From positions 352,718,001 to 352,781,963 of the forward strand of contig OZ024741.1 of assembly GCA_964016885.1 (NCBI GenBank): 63,963 nt of DNA, written 5' to 3'. Made by a program: the position numbers and the translations under genes. Positions 1-14,169 of the stretch are shown piece after piece (positions within the stretch are counted from its first letter, which is position 1; each line of letters starts with the position of its first letter). The stretch is from Eledone cirrhosa. Lineage: Eukaryota. Under the pieces are notes generated by a model. It was not told the origin of the DNA, ran no database searches, and worked only from the letters and a program-made list of their open reading frames with translations.

Positions 1-258
1 GTGTCTGGTTGAAACTTGTGAGAAAAACTAACAAACAAACTAAATGAATGAATGAATAAATAAATAAATGTCTTTAAAAACTTGAGTTTTAGGACATTCT
101 CTAGCTTTTAGTCATAAGGAACATTTGTTTGTTAACCCATAGCCATAAATATTTGTAAATATATGAGTGTGTGCATGGCTGTGTGTGTATATATAGGCTT
201 GGTTCCATAAATGGAAGAAATAAAAATCAGTACATGAGTAGAGTGGTTACATGCATAC

Positions 259-291
<33 letters not shown>

Positions 292-470
292 TGTATGTTT
301 TCTCTTTCTCTTAATTTCGAGTATATTTTTTTGACCGGCCACCTTCCTGGTGGCAAGGTTGTAAAAGAAAAGAAATTGTCATCCCTTGAATCGCAAGAAT
401 GTTTTGCATATTTTGAAGGTGCCAGCTATCGCAGCCATTTGTAGACTATGAATTAGGGAGCTGCGCTTTT

Positions 471-516
471 TGTATGTATGTATGTATGTATGTATGTATG
501 TATGTATGTATGTATG

Positions 517-545
<29 letters not shown>
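471..545. repeat. (TATG)n microsatellite; a shorter copy lies at ~262-298
   Basis: Perfect tandem tgta/tatg repeats; explains the YIHT/MYVC pseudo-ORFs. Confidence 0.97.
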
Positions 546-547
<2 letters not shown>

Positions 548-2608
548 CCACTCTATTCATGTACTGACTTTTATTTCTTCCATTTATGCAAATATAGAGT
601 GGGTAAAATTCCTGAGATTTTCTTTTCAATGGCTGATAATACCTTGCCGGCAACACTCGAGTAAGGTAATTATTTAACTCCATAAATGGGGCCCTAACAG
701 GTACTACTGCTTCGGGCCAGAGCAGGGTTATCTCCACATTCCCCCACAGCTCCTGAACTCCCGAACTGGAGCCTTGCCACTGGATGAAGTTTAATGTCAT
801 ACCCAGGACCAAATATAGAAAACACACACACACACACACCTCTTCACTTATATCTTCTAGTGTGTTTGGTAAACAAACATCACAATATCTCTTTTCCTCA
901 AGTCTGTAAAATCTACGGTCTTTGTGCTTTGGCCCCCCCCCCCCCAGACAAAACCATAATAAAACAAAACAATATTCTTTGTCATTCTTGTCCATGCTGT
1001 TGTTTAGCCCCAAGGCAGTTCTGATGAAACGGATCTATGACCAGAAGTGTTCCAGTAATGATCACCTCAATTTCTTTTTATATCAGGGACTAGATTGTTC
1101 AATGTGTCCTTTCCTTCTTTTAAAAAAAATTGAATGGTATACTTTGAGGGTGATTTGGCTGTCATTTCTAGCAGCTTAAATAACTGTGAGGCTGCCTTAT
1201 TGATTTGTGATGTGAGTATAGATGGGGTGACATAATTGATATGGAATATGCTGTTGTTGTTGAGCCCCAGGTTAGCCTCTGATAATGCAACCCTTTGATC
1301 AAAGGTGTTCCAGTGATGACCATTCCATTTTTTTGTAATAACATGAGGATTGATGCTTTACATCAGGGCTTCTTGAAGTGGTCCATATAGAGAAATAGGT
1401 GTGAATAAAATTTTAGCCAGAGTGAATAATAGCTTAGGGGTCTATAGGGTGTGAATTTACTACTTTACATTAATTAATCACTTTATAATGGAAGAAGAAA
1501 AATCCTGGATCATATAAACTAGTTGTCAGATATTGTACACATAGTTGAATGCCTGGTTGGGTGTGATGTCCATTAGTGATATGTTGTTTATAATTGACTC
1601 ATTTAGTTACATCAAATTGAATGTTTTATTTATTCAATATGCAAAATCTCTCACTGTCATGAAAAGTCATTGACATTATATACAATTAATTGAGCAGTGT
1701 CTAATAAAAACATAACTATTAAAAACAAAACTATTAAAGGGAACCGAGAGAAAAGAAAATGAAAAGGAGAAAAAAGGTGGATCAAGGAAGAGGGGAAGGG
1801 ACAGACACAACACCCCAGTCTGAGTGGTACATTAGCTGCCCCCATTAAAAATGAACAATCCAGCTCTGATTTAAAAGATTCATCCAACCCATTCTTCCCA
1901 TTAAAAATAATTTAACCATTAAAAGTGCATTTTGCTGTTATAGTTTAATTCTTTTCTCATGTAATTTGTATTCAACATTAGCAAATTACTTCTTCTTCGC
2001 CTAGATGTAAAGGGTTTGATGGATTTTTACTCCCACACACCTTTTTGTTTTCTTTCTTTCTTTGCAATGCAGTTTTCTACAATATATCACAAGATAACTT
2101 TGGCTTTGTATTATTTTTTTACAATACTTTTGATTACTGCACCAGCTCCTGCAATTCTTGCACTTAATTCAGCCTCCTGCCTTTCATCACTCACAAATTA
2201 CTTACATTTTGTAATTTTATATTCAATATTAAATGATAATGATAATGATGCTGTTGATTAATTTGTTTGGGGATAAATGGAAATAAAATTTTGTTACAAG
2301 GGATTTATCAAGTAAAAGGTTTGAGAAAACCTGTTTTATAATTAACTGATGGTCTGGTGCATGTAAGAATGTTAGAGATGAAGGTAGTATTTGTAGCATT
2401 ATGCCTATAACAGAAATTGTTGTTATTTTGAGTATTGGTTGATGATTCTCGGATATGCAATGAAACATCATGGTTGGTCAACAGGTGTGGTTGCTGTTTT
2501 TTAGCCATGTCTTTCTACATCTCAACTGATTGACTGAGCTGCTGTCATGGAAGAACAAACCAAGATCGGGTAGCTGATATCTGAAATGTTGTTTGCTTCT
2601 GATAACAC

Positions 2609-3200
2609 TCATCATCATCATCGTTTAACGTCTATCTTCCATGCTAGCATGGGTTTAGACGGTAATTGTCCCACTCGAAGCAAGATTGGTCGTCTCGCTC
2701 GTCTAGGACTCTCTGGCAGGTTTTCTACGGTTGGATGCCCTCACTAACACCAACCACGTTTACAGTGTGGACTGGGAGGTTTTTACCGTGTTACCTACAC
2801 GGCCACATTACAGCGTGGACTGTGTGTTTTTTTGTCATGACACCTTCACAACCTTATTTATTTAGGACTGGATGTTGTGGTACCAACATAACTTTACAGA
2901 GAAAGGGGTGGTGTTGATAGGGGTGGGGTAGTGGGATGGGGGGTGTATATTTGATTAAGAGGTGCCTACTGACTGTAGGTTTCGCTTTGTACTTAGGCAA
3001 GGTGGGTTTTCTGTATTACTGTGTAGCACCAAAGATCTCGGTCCAGTGACATTTTCTTAGAGAGGTGTGTGTAAGGTTGTAATTTATCAAATTGTCCCAG
3101 GTTTTTCTGTGTCTACCTACTCCGTAACTTCCGTCAATTTTGATCGCCCTGCACTTTTTTAATTATACCGTTCATTTACCAAGCTATACCCTCATGTAAT
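2609..3200 (-). mobile_element. Diverged 3' end of an RTE-clade LINE (3' UTR plus last codons)
   Basis: Starts with (ATC)n tail + GTTTAACGTC...; collinear with the 3' UTR of the young RTE copies at 29870-31191 and 57533-61494. Confidence 0.85.
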
Positions 3201-3204
3201 GAAG

Positions 3205-3920
3205 TCAGATTTTTCAACCTTGTACTCCATCTGGTCCTGGATTCTTCTACCTTTTTGCTTGTTTTGTCACAATCTCAATATTTAGTGTTCCTTTTTCCTG
3301 TTTTATTCTCTCTTTATCTGCTCATAATTCTTTCAACCACTCAACTTCTTTCTCCTGACCTTTATTATTATCTCAGATGTTACTCCAGAATATCTTACTC
3401 TCTTTAACATCTGGTTTCTCATTGTTGTTTACTTTCAGCCCATTCAGCTGTTTGTAAACCCCTTTTTGATCCTGTTGGAGCATTTTGTTGATTTTATATT
3501 GGTCTATCCTCTGTTCATACCTCTTAATTTTGGTTGCTTTAGCTTGTAGACTCTATTTAAGTTCTTCCAAAACTACATTTATACCAAACCTACATTTATA
3601 CCCTGCTTTTTCATTTTGTTTTTTTTTAGGTTCAAGTTCCCGATATTTCTCCTTCTGCTTAAGTTTGCCTTATTTCTTTTTGTCTAGGATGCTGATACCT
3701 TTCCTTATTTCCTTAATGGCCTGCTCTATTCTCCCTTTTCACCATGGTTCTTTTCCTTCATAGTTTCCTTTTTGGTTTGTTTTGAGACCTACTTTTCTCC
3801 TAATATCAAGGGTGCATGCCTTGATTAAGTTATTTGTTGCTGATATATTATCTGTCTTTATTTTAGATAACACTCCATTCATCTTTTTCATTCATTCCTT
3901 AAGTAGACTTCTGTAAACTT
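3205..3920 (-). mobile_element. Decayed non-LTR retrotransposon fragment, probably R4/Dong-like (region upstream of RT)
   Basis: Minus-strand translation LEELK*SLQAKATKIKRYEQRIDQYKINKMLQQDQKGVYKQLNG...KIFWSNI resembles the conserved pre-RT segment of R4/Dong elements; contains stops. Confidence 0.55.
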
Positions 3921-4704
3921 CTTCTTATTGTATGACATATGCACAATGGTTAGAGAGAGAGATTGGTGACCCAGACTAAAACGTCATTTGTATTATGGAT
4001 TGCCTCCAGGCCGCTGGGAAAACATCTGAGTGGTAACCTCGAACAACATGCAGTGCTGTCTAGTCAGGATCCCTACAGTCACATGCTGAGATGTTTTTCA
4101 TTTTCCATTGATGAAGATGATGGGTTGTCCTGGCATGTGTTGTGCAGATCTGATTAAAGGACACCTATTGCTTTCAAGGAAGGTCAAAGATGTCTGGTTT
4201 AGATGTGGGGTCCTGGACAAGGTCTTGGTTGGCAAATTTGGACTCACTTTATGATCGTCACCACACTTCCTTCAGATCAAAGTTATTATCTTGAAGGGTT
4301 TTCAAGAACTAAGAAACCATAATAAACTTCTTGAGCATTTTAGAATGAGCAGTTTAAAAGCTATGTTAAGCATTTTCTTTTAATTTTCCTTCCAGTGAGG
4401 TGATTGGCTACATAAGCCTATTGTATTATCTTTTCAACTTTAAACCTCATTTTCTATTATTTGATAGGGTGTATGTACATGGGGCAGTAGAGCACAGCTT
4501 GGGACAGGTGGTGTATTTTATGCACTACTGGTTTCTTAGTATATATTCACTTTGTTATTGCAATGTCATCTACTTCTGTTATTGCTAATGATAGTGATGA
4601 TGATAGTATGGTTTAATTTACAACTTGTTTGTCTACCTGCTATGCTGCTTAAATTTTGCCACCCACTCTATGATAAGAGTTGAACTAAATAAAAGAAGAA
4701 AGAA

Positions 4705-7700
4705 TGCAGTGCTGTCATAAAGTTGGTATGTGATAGGCTGGTATTGTATTGTCATAAGCTGGCAATGTCATGTCATGTCATAAACTGGCAATATTGTGTC
4801 ATAAGCAGGAAATCTATCGTAAGCTGGCAATGTTGTGTCATAAGCTGGCAATGTTGTGTCATAAGCTGGCAGTGTCGTTTCACAAGCTGGCAGTGTCGTC
4901 TCACAAGCTGGCAGTGTCGTCTCACAAGCTGGCAGTGTCATCTCACAAGCTGGCAGTGTTGTAGCAGGCAGTGTCGTCTCACAAGCTGGCAGTGTCGTCT
5001 CACAAGCCAGCAGTGTCGTCTCACAAGCTGGCAGTGTCGTCTCACAAGCTGGCAGTGTCGTCTCACAAGCTGGCAGTGTCGTCTCACAAGCTGGCAGTGT
5101 CGTCTCACAAGCCAGCAGTGTCGTCTCACAAGCTGGCAGTGTCGTCTCACAAGCCAGCAGTGTCGTCTCACAAGCCAGCAGTGTCGTCTCACAAGCCAGC
5201 AGTGTCGTCTCACAAGCTGGCAGTGTCGTCTCACAAGCTGGCAGTGTCGTCTCACAAGCTGGCAGTGTCGTCTCACAAGCTGGCAGTGTCGTCTCACAAG
5301 CCGGCAGTGTCGTCTCACAAGCCAGCAGTGTCGTCTCACAAGCCAGCAGTGTCGTCTCACAAGCCAGCAGTGTCGTCTCACAAGCTGGCAGTGTCGTCTC
5401 ACAAGCTGGCAGTGTCGTCTCACAAGCTGGCAGTGTCGTCTCACAAGCTGGCAGTGTCGTCTCACAAGCCAGCAGTGTCGTCTCACAAGCTGGCAGTGTC
5501 GTCTCACAAGCTGGCAGTGTCGTCTCACAAGCTGGCAGTGTCGTCTCACAAGCTGGCAGTGTCGTCTCACAAGCCAGCAGTGTCGTCTCACAAGCTGGCA
5601 GTGTCGTCTCACAAGCTGGCAGTGTCGTCTCACAAGCTGGCAGTGTCGTCTCACAAGCTGGCAGTGTCGTCTCACAAGCTGGCAGTGTCGTCTCACAAGC
5701 TGGCAGTGTCGTCTCACAAGCTGGCAGTGTCGTCTCACAAGCTGGCAGTGTCATCTCACAAGCTGGCAGTGTTGTAGCAGGCAGTGTCGTCTCACAAGCT
5801 GGCAGTGTCGTCTCACAAGCCAGCAGTGTCGTCTCACAAGCTGGCAGTGTCGTCTCACAAGCTGGCAGTGTCGTCTCACAAGCTGGCAGTGTCGTCTCAC
5901 AAGCTGGCAGTGTCGTCTCACAAGCTGGCAGTGTCGTCTCACAAGCCAGCAGTGTCGTCTCACAAGCTGGCAGTGTCGTCTCACAAGCTGGCAGTGTCGT
6001 CTCACAAGCCAGCAGTGTCGTCTCACAAGCTGGCAGTGTCGTCTCACAAGCTGGCAGTGTCGTCTCACAAGCTGGCAGTGTCGTCTCACAAGCTGGCAGT
6101 GTCGTCTCACAAGCTGGCAGTGTCGTCTCACAAGCTGGCAGTGTCGTCTCACAAGCTGGCAGTGTCGTCTCACAAGCCAGCAGTGTCGTCTCACAAGCCG
6201 GCAGTGTCGTCTCACAAGCTGGCAGTGTCGTCTCACAAGCTGGCAGTGTCGTCTCACAAGCTGGCAGTGTCGTCTCACAAGCTGGCAGTGTCGTCTCACA
6301 AGCTGGCAGTGTCGTCTCACAAGCTGGCAGTGTCGTCTCACAAGCTGGCAGTGTCGTCTCACAAGCTGGCAGTGTCGTCTCACAAGCTGGCAGTGTCGTC
6401 TCACAAGCTGGCAGTGTCGTCTCACAAGCTGGCAGTGTCGTCTCACAAGCCAGCAGTGTCGTCTCACAAGCCAGCAGTGTCGTCTCACAAGCCAGCAGTG
6501 TCGTCTCACAAGCTGGCAGTGTCGTCTCACAAGCTGGCAGTGTCGTCTCACAAGCTGGCAGTGTCATCTCACAAGCTGGCAGTGTTGTAGCAGGCAGTGT
6601 CGTCTCACAAGCTGGCAGTGTCGTCTCACAAGCTGGCAGTGTCGTCTCACAAGCTGGCAGTGTCGTCTCACAAGCTGGCAGTGTCGTCTCACAAGCTGGC
6701 AGTGTCGTCTCACAAGCTGGCAGTGTCGTCTCACAAGCTGGCAGTGTCGTCTCACAAGCTGGCAGTGTCGTCTCACAAGCCAGCAGTGTCGTCTCACAAG
6801 CTGGCAGTGTCGTCTCACAAGCTGGCAGTGTCGTCTCACAAGCTGGCAGTGTCGTCTCACAAGCTGGCAGTGTCGTTTCACAAGCTGGCAGTGTCGTTTC
6901 ACAAGCTGGCAGTGTCGTCTCACAAGCTGGCAGTGTCATCTCACAAGCTGGCAGTGTTGTAGCAGGCAGTGTCGTCTCACAAGCTGGCAGTGTCGTCTCA
7001 CAAGCCAGCAGTGTCGTCTCACAAGCTGGCAGTGTCGTCTCACAAGCTGGCAGTGTCGTCTCACAAGCTGGCAGTGTCGTCTCACAAGCTGGCAGTGTCG
7101 TCTCACAAGCCATCAGTGTCGTCTCATAAGCTGGCAGTGTCGTCTCACAAGCTGGCAGTGTCGTCTCACAAGCTGGCAGTGTCGTCTCACAAGCTGGCAG
7201 TGTCGTCTCACAAGCTGGCAGTGTCGTCTCACAAGCCGGCAGTGTTGTAGCAGGCAGTGTTGTCTCACAAGCTAGCAGTGTTGTAGCAGGCAGTGTCGTC
7301 TCACAAGCTGGCAGTGTCGCCCCACAAGCTGGCAGTGTCGTGTCATAAGCTGGCAGTGTCGTGTCATAAGCTGGCAGTGTCATGTCATAAGCTGGCAGTG
7401 TCATGTCTTAGTATGGCGGTGTCGTGTCATAAGCTGGCAGTGTCATGTCTTAGTATGGCAGTGTTGTGTCATAAGCTGGCAGTGTTATGTCTTAGTATGG
7501 CAGTGTCATGTCTTAGTATGGCAGTGTCATGTCTTAGTATGGCAGTGTCGTGTCATAAGCTGGCAGTGTCATGTCATAAGCTGGCAGTGTCGTGTCATAA
7601 GCTGGCAGTGTCGTGTCATAAGCTGGCAGTGTCATGTCTTAGTATGGCGGTGTCGTGTCATAAGCTGGCAGTGTCGTGTCATAAGATGGCAGTGTTGTGT

Positions 7701-8290
7701 CATAAGCTGGCAGCGTCATGTCTTAGTATGGCGGTGTCGTGTCATAAGCTGGCAGTGTCATGTCTTAGTATGGCAGTGTCGTGTCATAAGCTGGCAGTGT
7801 CGTGTCATAAGATGGAAGTGTCGTGTCATAAGATGGAAGTGTCGTGTCATAAGATGGCAGTGTCGTGTCATAAGATGGCAGTGTCGTGTCATAAGATGGC
7901 AGTGTCGTGTCATAAGATGGCAGTGTCGTGTCATAAGATGGCAGTGTCGTGTCATAAGATGGCAGTGTCGTGTCATAAGATGGCAGTGTCGTGTCATAAG
8001 CTGGCAGTGTCATGTCTTAATATGGCAGTGTCGTGTCTTAGTATGGCAGTGTCATGTCTTAGTATGGCAGTGTCATGTCTTAGTATGGCAGTGTCATGTC
8101 ATAAGATGGCAGTGTCATGCCTTAGTATGGCAGTGTCATGTCTTAGTATGGCAGTGTCATGTCTTAGTATGGCAGTGTCATGTCATAAGATGGCAGTGTC
8201 ATGCCTTAGTATGGCAGTGTCATGTCATAAGATGGCAGTGTCATGCCTTAGTATGGCAGTGTCATGTCATAAGATGGCACTGTCTTATGG
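4705..8290. repeat. 21-bp minisatellite (~170 units), core AGTGTCGTCTCACAAGCTGGC, with diverged flanking variants
   Basis: Direct tandem repetition; the 7-aa periodic ORFs (CRLTSWQ, ACETTLP, AVSSHKL) are by-products. Confidence 0.98.
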
Positions 8291-11200
8291 GGAATTAGTA
8301 AGAATCGTCATGTGTTAGTTGGCAATGTATTGTTATAATTGTCCATGGGATTGTGTATTATATGTTGAAATGATAGTATTATAAACTGCCATAGTATTGC
8401 CATATGCTGTCTACTGCTGTCATTACGGTTTCCATTTCTTGCAGACTGAGCAACCATACAGAGATTGAATCATTAGTTTTGTAGAGTGGTTTACATGTGT
8501 TGGTTGTTGTAGTTAAGGCATTTCAGCTCTGACCATTATTAATTTTTTTGAAAATGGCAAAGTATGATTTGAGGGGGATTTGGCTGATATCTCTAACAGA
8601 TGAAGTGACCACATGGAGGTTCTCACATTAACCCTTTAGAGTGGTTTACAGTGATATACAGTGATTTTACATAGCCAGAATTTCCCCAATCTCTTCCACT
8701 CTTAAATCAATAGACAAAAATGCTCAGTCAGCCAGAAAGTTGTTTTTATGGCTCACACTTATGTAGGTATAACTATCTGGCCACCAAAAAATTGCATCTC
8801 ATAGGAAGTAGCCCTATCATGACACCATTTTTTTCAGTGTCAAATGGGGGAAATTTGACTTCCGAATGCAGAGCTAGAACAGATACCACAAGGCATCATG
8901 TCCATTACTATAAAATTCTACAAATCCAATGCCCTGAACTAGTACTTTATTTGTTGATCCCAAAAAGATGAAACCCCAAGTTGACTTCAGCAAGATTTGA
9001 ACTCAGAGTGCAGAAGGCAAGAATAAATACCATAAAACACTCAGTCCAATGCTTTAACAATAAAAATATATTCATTGCCTATAATCAGTCTTCCCAGGTT
9101 GTTTCCTATTTACTTTCAGGACACACACACACACACACACACTCATTCTTCACCCTATGGCTGTTACTTTTTAATCTGGTTGGATGTGTGTTAATGATGA
9201 TATAGCCACAGCCACCCCCTTGCCCCCACTATCTTGTGTCTACCCCATCTACCTTGCACCTGCCCTGTTCTACCTTGAAGGTCAGTTACAAACCAGTGGA
9301 GGATGTGAAAGGCAAGTTAAACAGGAATGTTAAGTGTCAATGTAAATATTATCATATGTTACATTTCATTTTAAAACCTGTCTACCTAGGTAGACTGCTA
9401 TTTGTGTGTGTATATATGTGTGTATTTGTGTGTACATATGTATGCTTATTTGTGTGTGTATGCAGATGTTTGTTGTGATTCATCATGCTGAGTTCTGCAT
9501 TAGGGAGTTTTTGAGGAAGCGGGAGAAGGCAATGTTGGAATTTTTATGGAGGTTGAGTTAAAAGTTTACTGCTGGTGGTATTAGGTGTGCAGATGTTATA
9601 AAATTATGAAATTGGGATTGGTATTTTTACATACTTTACCTTTGTTATATTATCATATAATTTAATAGTTCTGTGTGTAAAGTTCAGCTGAGGTCAACTT
9701 AACCTCTATCTGAAACAAGAAAGAATGTACCCCCAGAGTAGTCATGACTGGGTTGCTTTTATTCATAGGCTTGGTCAATCAGGGCTGACATGCAGTGTCT
9801 TCTTATCTGCATATATGGTTCAATATATTTAATGACCAGTCATTTTCTCAGCTCATTTCTCAGTTACATATGGGTTCATTTGAGCCCATATGTAACTGGG
9901 AATAAGCGTAACAGTGTGATTAAGTATACTTAACAGCCACATGGTTCTGGGATCAATCCCTCTGCATGGATTTATGGGAAAGTGTTTTCTGTCATAACTT
10001 GGGCTGACCAGTACTTTGTGAGCAGAAAGAAACTTTGTAGAAGCCTGTCATGTGTATATCTGTGTGTGTGTCTGTATGTGTGTTTTTCACCCATGTATAT
10101 CAAGCAATTATGGTATTTGTTCCGGCTCTCTGCTCTCTCAGTTCAAATCCCACCGAGGTCAACTTTGTCTTTCATCCTTTCGAGGTCGATAAAAAAAAAG
10201 TACCAGTCCACTTTGATACTTAACCTTTTTAATACCAACCTACCTGAAACCGCTTATAATTTTATAAAACAATGTATCTAGTTTAAAAGGTTAATATTAA
10301 AATTTAAACTTTCCAACATAATTTTCATTAAAAAAGCATCTATTTTAAAGGGTTCATATTAAAATTCAAACTTTCCAACATAATTTTCAGTAAAAAACCT
10401 TTAATATACATTCTTAATATCATTTTAATAATGAAAGGTAATTTATTTGACTAAATCCTTCCTGATTCATATTTTCAAAATTTATTGTAATACATAGAGA
10501 TACGGTAATGAAAAAATTAAACATAATGCTACTGTATTAGACCCATGAGGAAGCATCTACTTGGGTGAAATCACTTGCTAGAAATAACAACCAAATCGCC
10601 CTGAAATCACATTATATCAGGAAACAGAATGGATGTGTAGTCCTAGATGTACTTACAACATCTTATCCATGGTGTTCAGTGGACAGCAAATAATTCTTTA
10701 CCGCACTCCAACTTTGTTTGGTCTCTAGTCTATTGAGGTAATACAGATCGTCCGAAAATTATCTGTACTACTTCATCCTTACATGAAATTTATGATGGTA
10801 CATGTAAGATTATTAAACAAGATACTTTTAGAATGTGTTTCTTACAAAGTTTCTTTTAGTAAAGTAACAATACCACAAACACTTGATATATGCATTAATT
10901 AGTGTTTCACAAAATACCCAGTCAATTCTCCAAATATTATATATATTGCAATATTTCCACATCAATTCATTCAATAGCAGCTGTGATTCTTGCTGTGATT
11001 TGATTCATCTGTGATTTGCTTTGCTTTCCATAACACATTCAACAGCCTGTGCTTTTTGTGTCCATTCGTTTTACATGGGTGCATATGAATATGTGAGAAA
11101 AAAAAAAAAATCAAATTTGGTGCAAACAATAAAACCTTATACCGACCCCCCCATCCCCCCCAAACATAAGTTTCTTTGAAAAACGGCATAACACAGGAAT

Positions 11201-11394
11201 TTTTACACTTTGTGATTGACTATTAATAACAGGTGAATGTTTAGACAACCTATGTTCTTAGAAAATGACCTGATATCTATTCCTAACAGATAAGTGATTT
11301 GAAGCAACAGATTAAGTGCACTTCCTAAACTGGCCCTTAAAACCCTGCCCTTCCCTTATCCAGAACTTGAGATATTTACATTTCTCGGATTAGG

Positions 11395-12210
11395 GTGGTA
11401 GATGGGCAGAATCATTGGAGTGCTTTGCAGCATTTAGTTATGACGCTTTAATTTCTGAGTTAAAATCCCATCTAGGTCAACTTTGCCTTTCATTCTTCTG
11501 AGGTTGATTAAATAAAGTTCCAGTCAAGTACTGGGGTTGATATAAGCAACTTTCATTTCTCTTAAATTGGTTGTCTTGTGCCAAAATTAGAAATCAATAT
11601 TACACCTGAGAAAAGCAGTGGATTTGCAGAATTGGTAGAGTGTCAGACACCAATGCTTCACAGCATAGAGTTACGGCTCTTTATGGTCTGGGTTTAAATC
11701 CCGCTGAGGTTAACTTTGCCTTTCATCCTTATGAGGTTGATAGATAAAATAAAGCACCAGTAATGCACTAGGGTTGATTTACAAAATTGCCAGCCTTGTA
11801 CCTATAGTAGAAATCATTATTACATCTGAAAGGTTGATTGGTATAATCTGGAGAGAAATGGACAAAATGCTTGGTAATATATAGTTATGCCCTTTTATTT
11901 TCTGAGTTCTAAACCTGCCAAGATTGATTTTGCCTTTGATCCTTTCAGGTTCAATAAAAGAAAAGTACCAGTTGTCAATACAAGGGTCAGTTTAATCGAT
12001 TGCCTGACCTCCCATTACAAAAATATTGTTGCCTTGTATCTATTTTAGGACAGAGCTATTTGATCTAGTTCTTTACATTATCTTAACATTTTGCTATGGT
12101 CAACTTCTTAAATTTTTTTCCAAGTTGATAAAATAAAATATCAGTCAAATGATGTCAACTTAATCAACTGGCTCCCCCCCCCCCCCCATAATTTCTAGCC
12201 TATGTTCTAT
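11395..12210 (+). mobile_element. Cluster of 3-4 diverged SINE copies in tandem
   Basis: Repeated GAGTT(C)AAATCCC B-box-like motif, AACTTTGCCTTTCATCCTT...GATAAAATAAAGTACCAG core and GGCCTTGTGCC...AGAAA(C)ATTATT tail. Confidence 0.8.
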
Positions 12211-13723
12211 GATCAAAAGAACTTATATATTTTTGGTTTTATGTCTGTTATCCATAATCCAACAGACCTGGGTTAAAAGCATTCTAGCTATGACGAAGCT
12301 AGATATTGTTAAATGTGATAGGTATGCACAAATGCACACCTCTTCTCCATAATGTCTTACCATCTTTCCTTTCTCTGACCAATGTGAAATATTTTGTAAT
12401 AACATTAATTATTGTGTTTATGACCCTGTAACTTGAAGGTCATCACTGACTGTCATCCCCCTGCAGTTAGAAAGCCATCAAAGCAGTTCACCCATGATGG
12501 TAACATTGTTCACATTTAGCTCACCAGTCTGTCCCCTCCCTTATTTACAACAGTATCTTTTGAGTGCTCTTTCTTTGCTATTAGTTGTTGGTGTTGTTAT
12601 TGCTGTCATTGTTGTTATTTAACCCTAGGTTAGCCCTGATTGAATAAACTTATGATCAAACGCTTTCTAGCCATGACCATTTTGTTTTCAAATATCACAA
12701 ATACTATATTATCTAATGTAGTTTTAGATGTTTTAGATATTAAGATGTGATTTAACCCCTTCATTACCATATTTTCGATAAATTACACTGTATATTGATT
12801 AATCACTGAAGAATTTGGAGGGATTTACTAAAATTATTTCAATTTATGAAGATGGTATAACAAAAAGGTTCTTATATAAAATTATTTTGTAAAATTTTAA
12901 TTTAAATAGGAACCTTTTAAATGAATGTTTTTGTTCCTTAGTATCAGATCCAGTTTTGGGCAGGTTCATATCAAAATGGTTAAGGGAAATCTGGCTGCTA
13001 TTTCTAGCTGGCCAAGTGATCATGCAGAAGCTCTCTTGTTATTGCTGTTGTTATGGTTGAACAGTAAAGAAGTTAACTTCACATCATGGGTTCCAGGTAC
13101 AGTTTCATTTAGTAACTGCCATGGCAAGTGTGACTTACCATCACCTTCAATCAATCCAAGTCTTGTGAGTGAAAGTGGGCAGACAAAAATTGTTTGGAAC
13201 CGCATTGGATTGGTCTACCTGTAAATTGAAAGGACAGCTTCGTCAGACACAATGTCATGTTGAATGAAATACTTAGCCAATTACAAGTTAATTTAATAAG
13301 GTCATTCCACTGATTGAACTACTCAAACACGTATCATCAAAACTAAGAGGAGTTAGTTTAAGATTGCTGTTGTTGTTTGTCTCCAGGTCAGCCATAATTG
13401 AGTTGGAATCTGATCATAGGCAACGTAGCTGTGACTATTTAGTCTTTTTTGTTATTTTCAATCATCTGTCTCATACTACATTATCTAGTGTAGTCTTAGA
13501 TATCATAATTTTTTAACTTTTACCATCCGTACCACATGAAACTGCATTAGCAAGACATTTATTGAAAAGTATAAAACAACACTATAACTGTATCTCATAA
13601 AGAAATTAGTCTTTATTTGAGTTTACTGCTCATTTTCACAACAATAAACATTTGAATTAACAAACCTGTTTTTCAGATATTTTCTGCTAAATCATAACAG
13701 GATGTTAAGAGTTAAGATTTAGT

Positions 13724-13952
13724 CTAACCCTTTAGCATTTATATTACTTTATATATACTATTGTATTTTTATGGTAAACATTTTACCTTGCATAATTATC
13801 TCACATAATATTGAATCTATGAAATTTTGATATTATTTATTTTGAGAACAATACCTCAACATCAGTATGATCAGTTGGTTATGGCCAGTTTGATCAGAAA
13901 GAGGTGAGAGAAATCTGGCCAGATATGGCTAATTTAAATTGCTAAAGGGTTT
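13724..13952. mobile_element. piggyBac-like MITE (CCC...GGG termini, TTAA-like flanks)
   Basis: Terminal inverted repeat AACCCTTTAGCA ... TGCTAAAGGGTT; internal sequence matches, in reverse, the copies at ~17210 and ~20717. Confidence 0.65.
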
Positions 13953-13961
13953 AGGGAAACA

Positions 13962-14117
13962 ATACTACAGTAACAACTATAATAGCAATAACAACATTAG
14001 TAACAATAACAACAACAGCAACAATAACAGCAATTGTAACAGCAGCAGTAATAGTAACAACACTAACAACAACAGCAGCAGAAGCAACAACAGCAACAGC
14101 AATAGCAACAGCAACAT
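13962..14117. repeat. Degenerate (AAC/AGC/AAT)n trinucleotide microsatellite
   Basis: Tandem aac/agc triplets; explains the poly-N and poly-L pseudo-ORFs. Confidence 0.9.
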
Positions 14118-14169
14118 TGAGCAAATTGAACCAATGAGGGAGCCTGGTTGTAGAAGTAGAAATTGCAGG

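Noticed and set aside
1021-1050. CTGATGA followed by GAA, hammerhead-like
   Set aside because: No stems I-III; part of a dispersed repeat (related copies at ~1260, 12620, 13380) that lacks the motif
2300-2600. Possible very old PLE remnant (RPSVN motif, HHR-like ..GAAGA..GAAATGTTGT)
   Set aside because: Too degenerate; neither the stems nor the core could be reconstructed
4723-7404. 850-aa and 878-aa Cys-rich repeat ORFs; CRISPR-like appearance of the array
   Set aside because: A 21-bp unit without stops is open in most frames; there is no unique N- or C-terminus, no unique spacers and no cas genes
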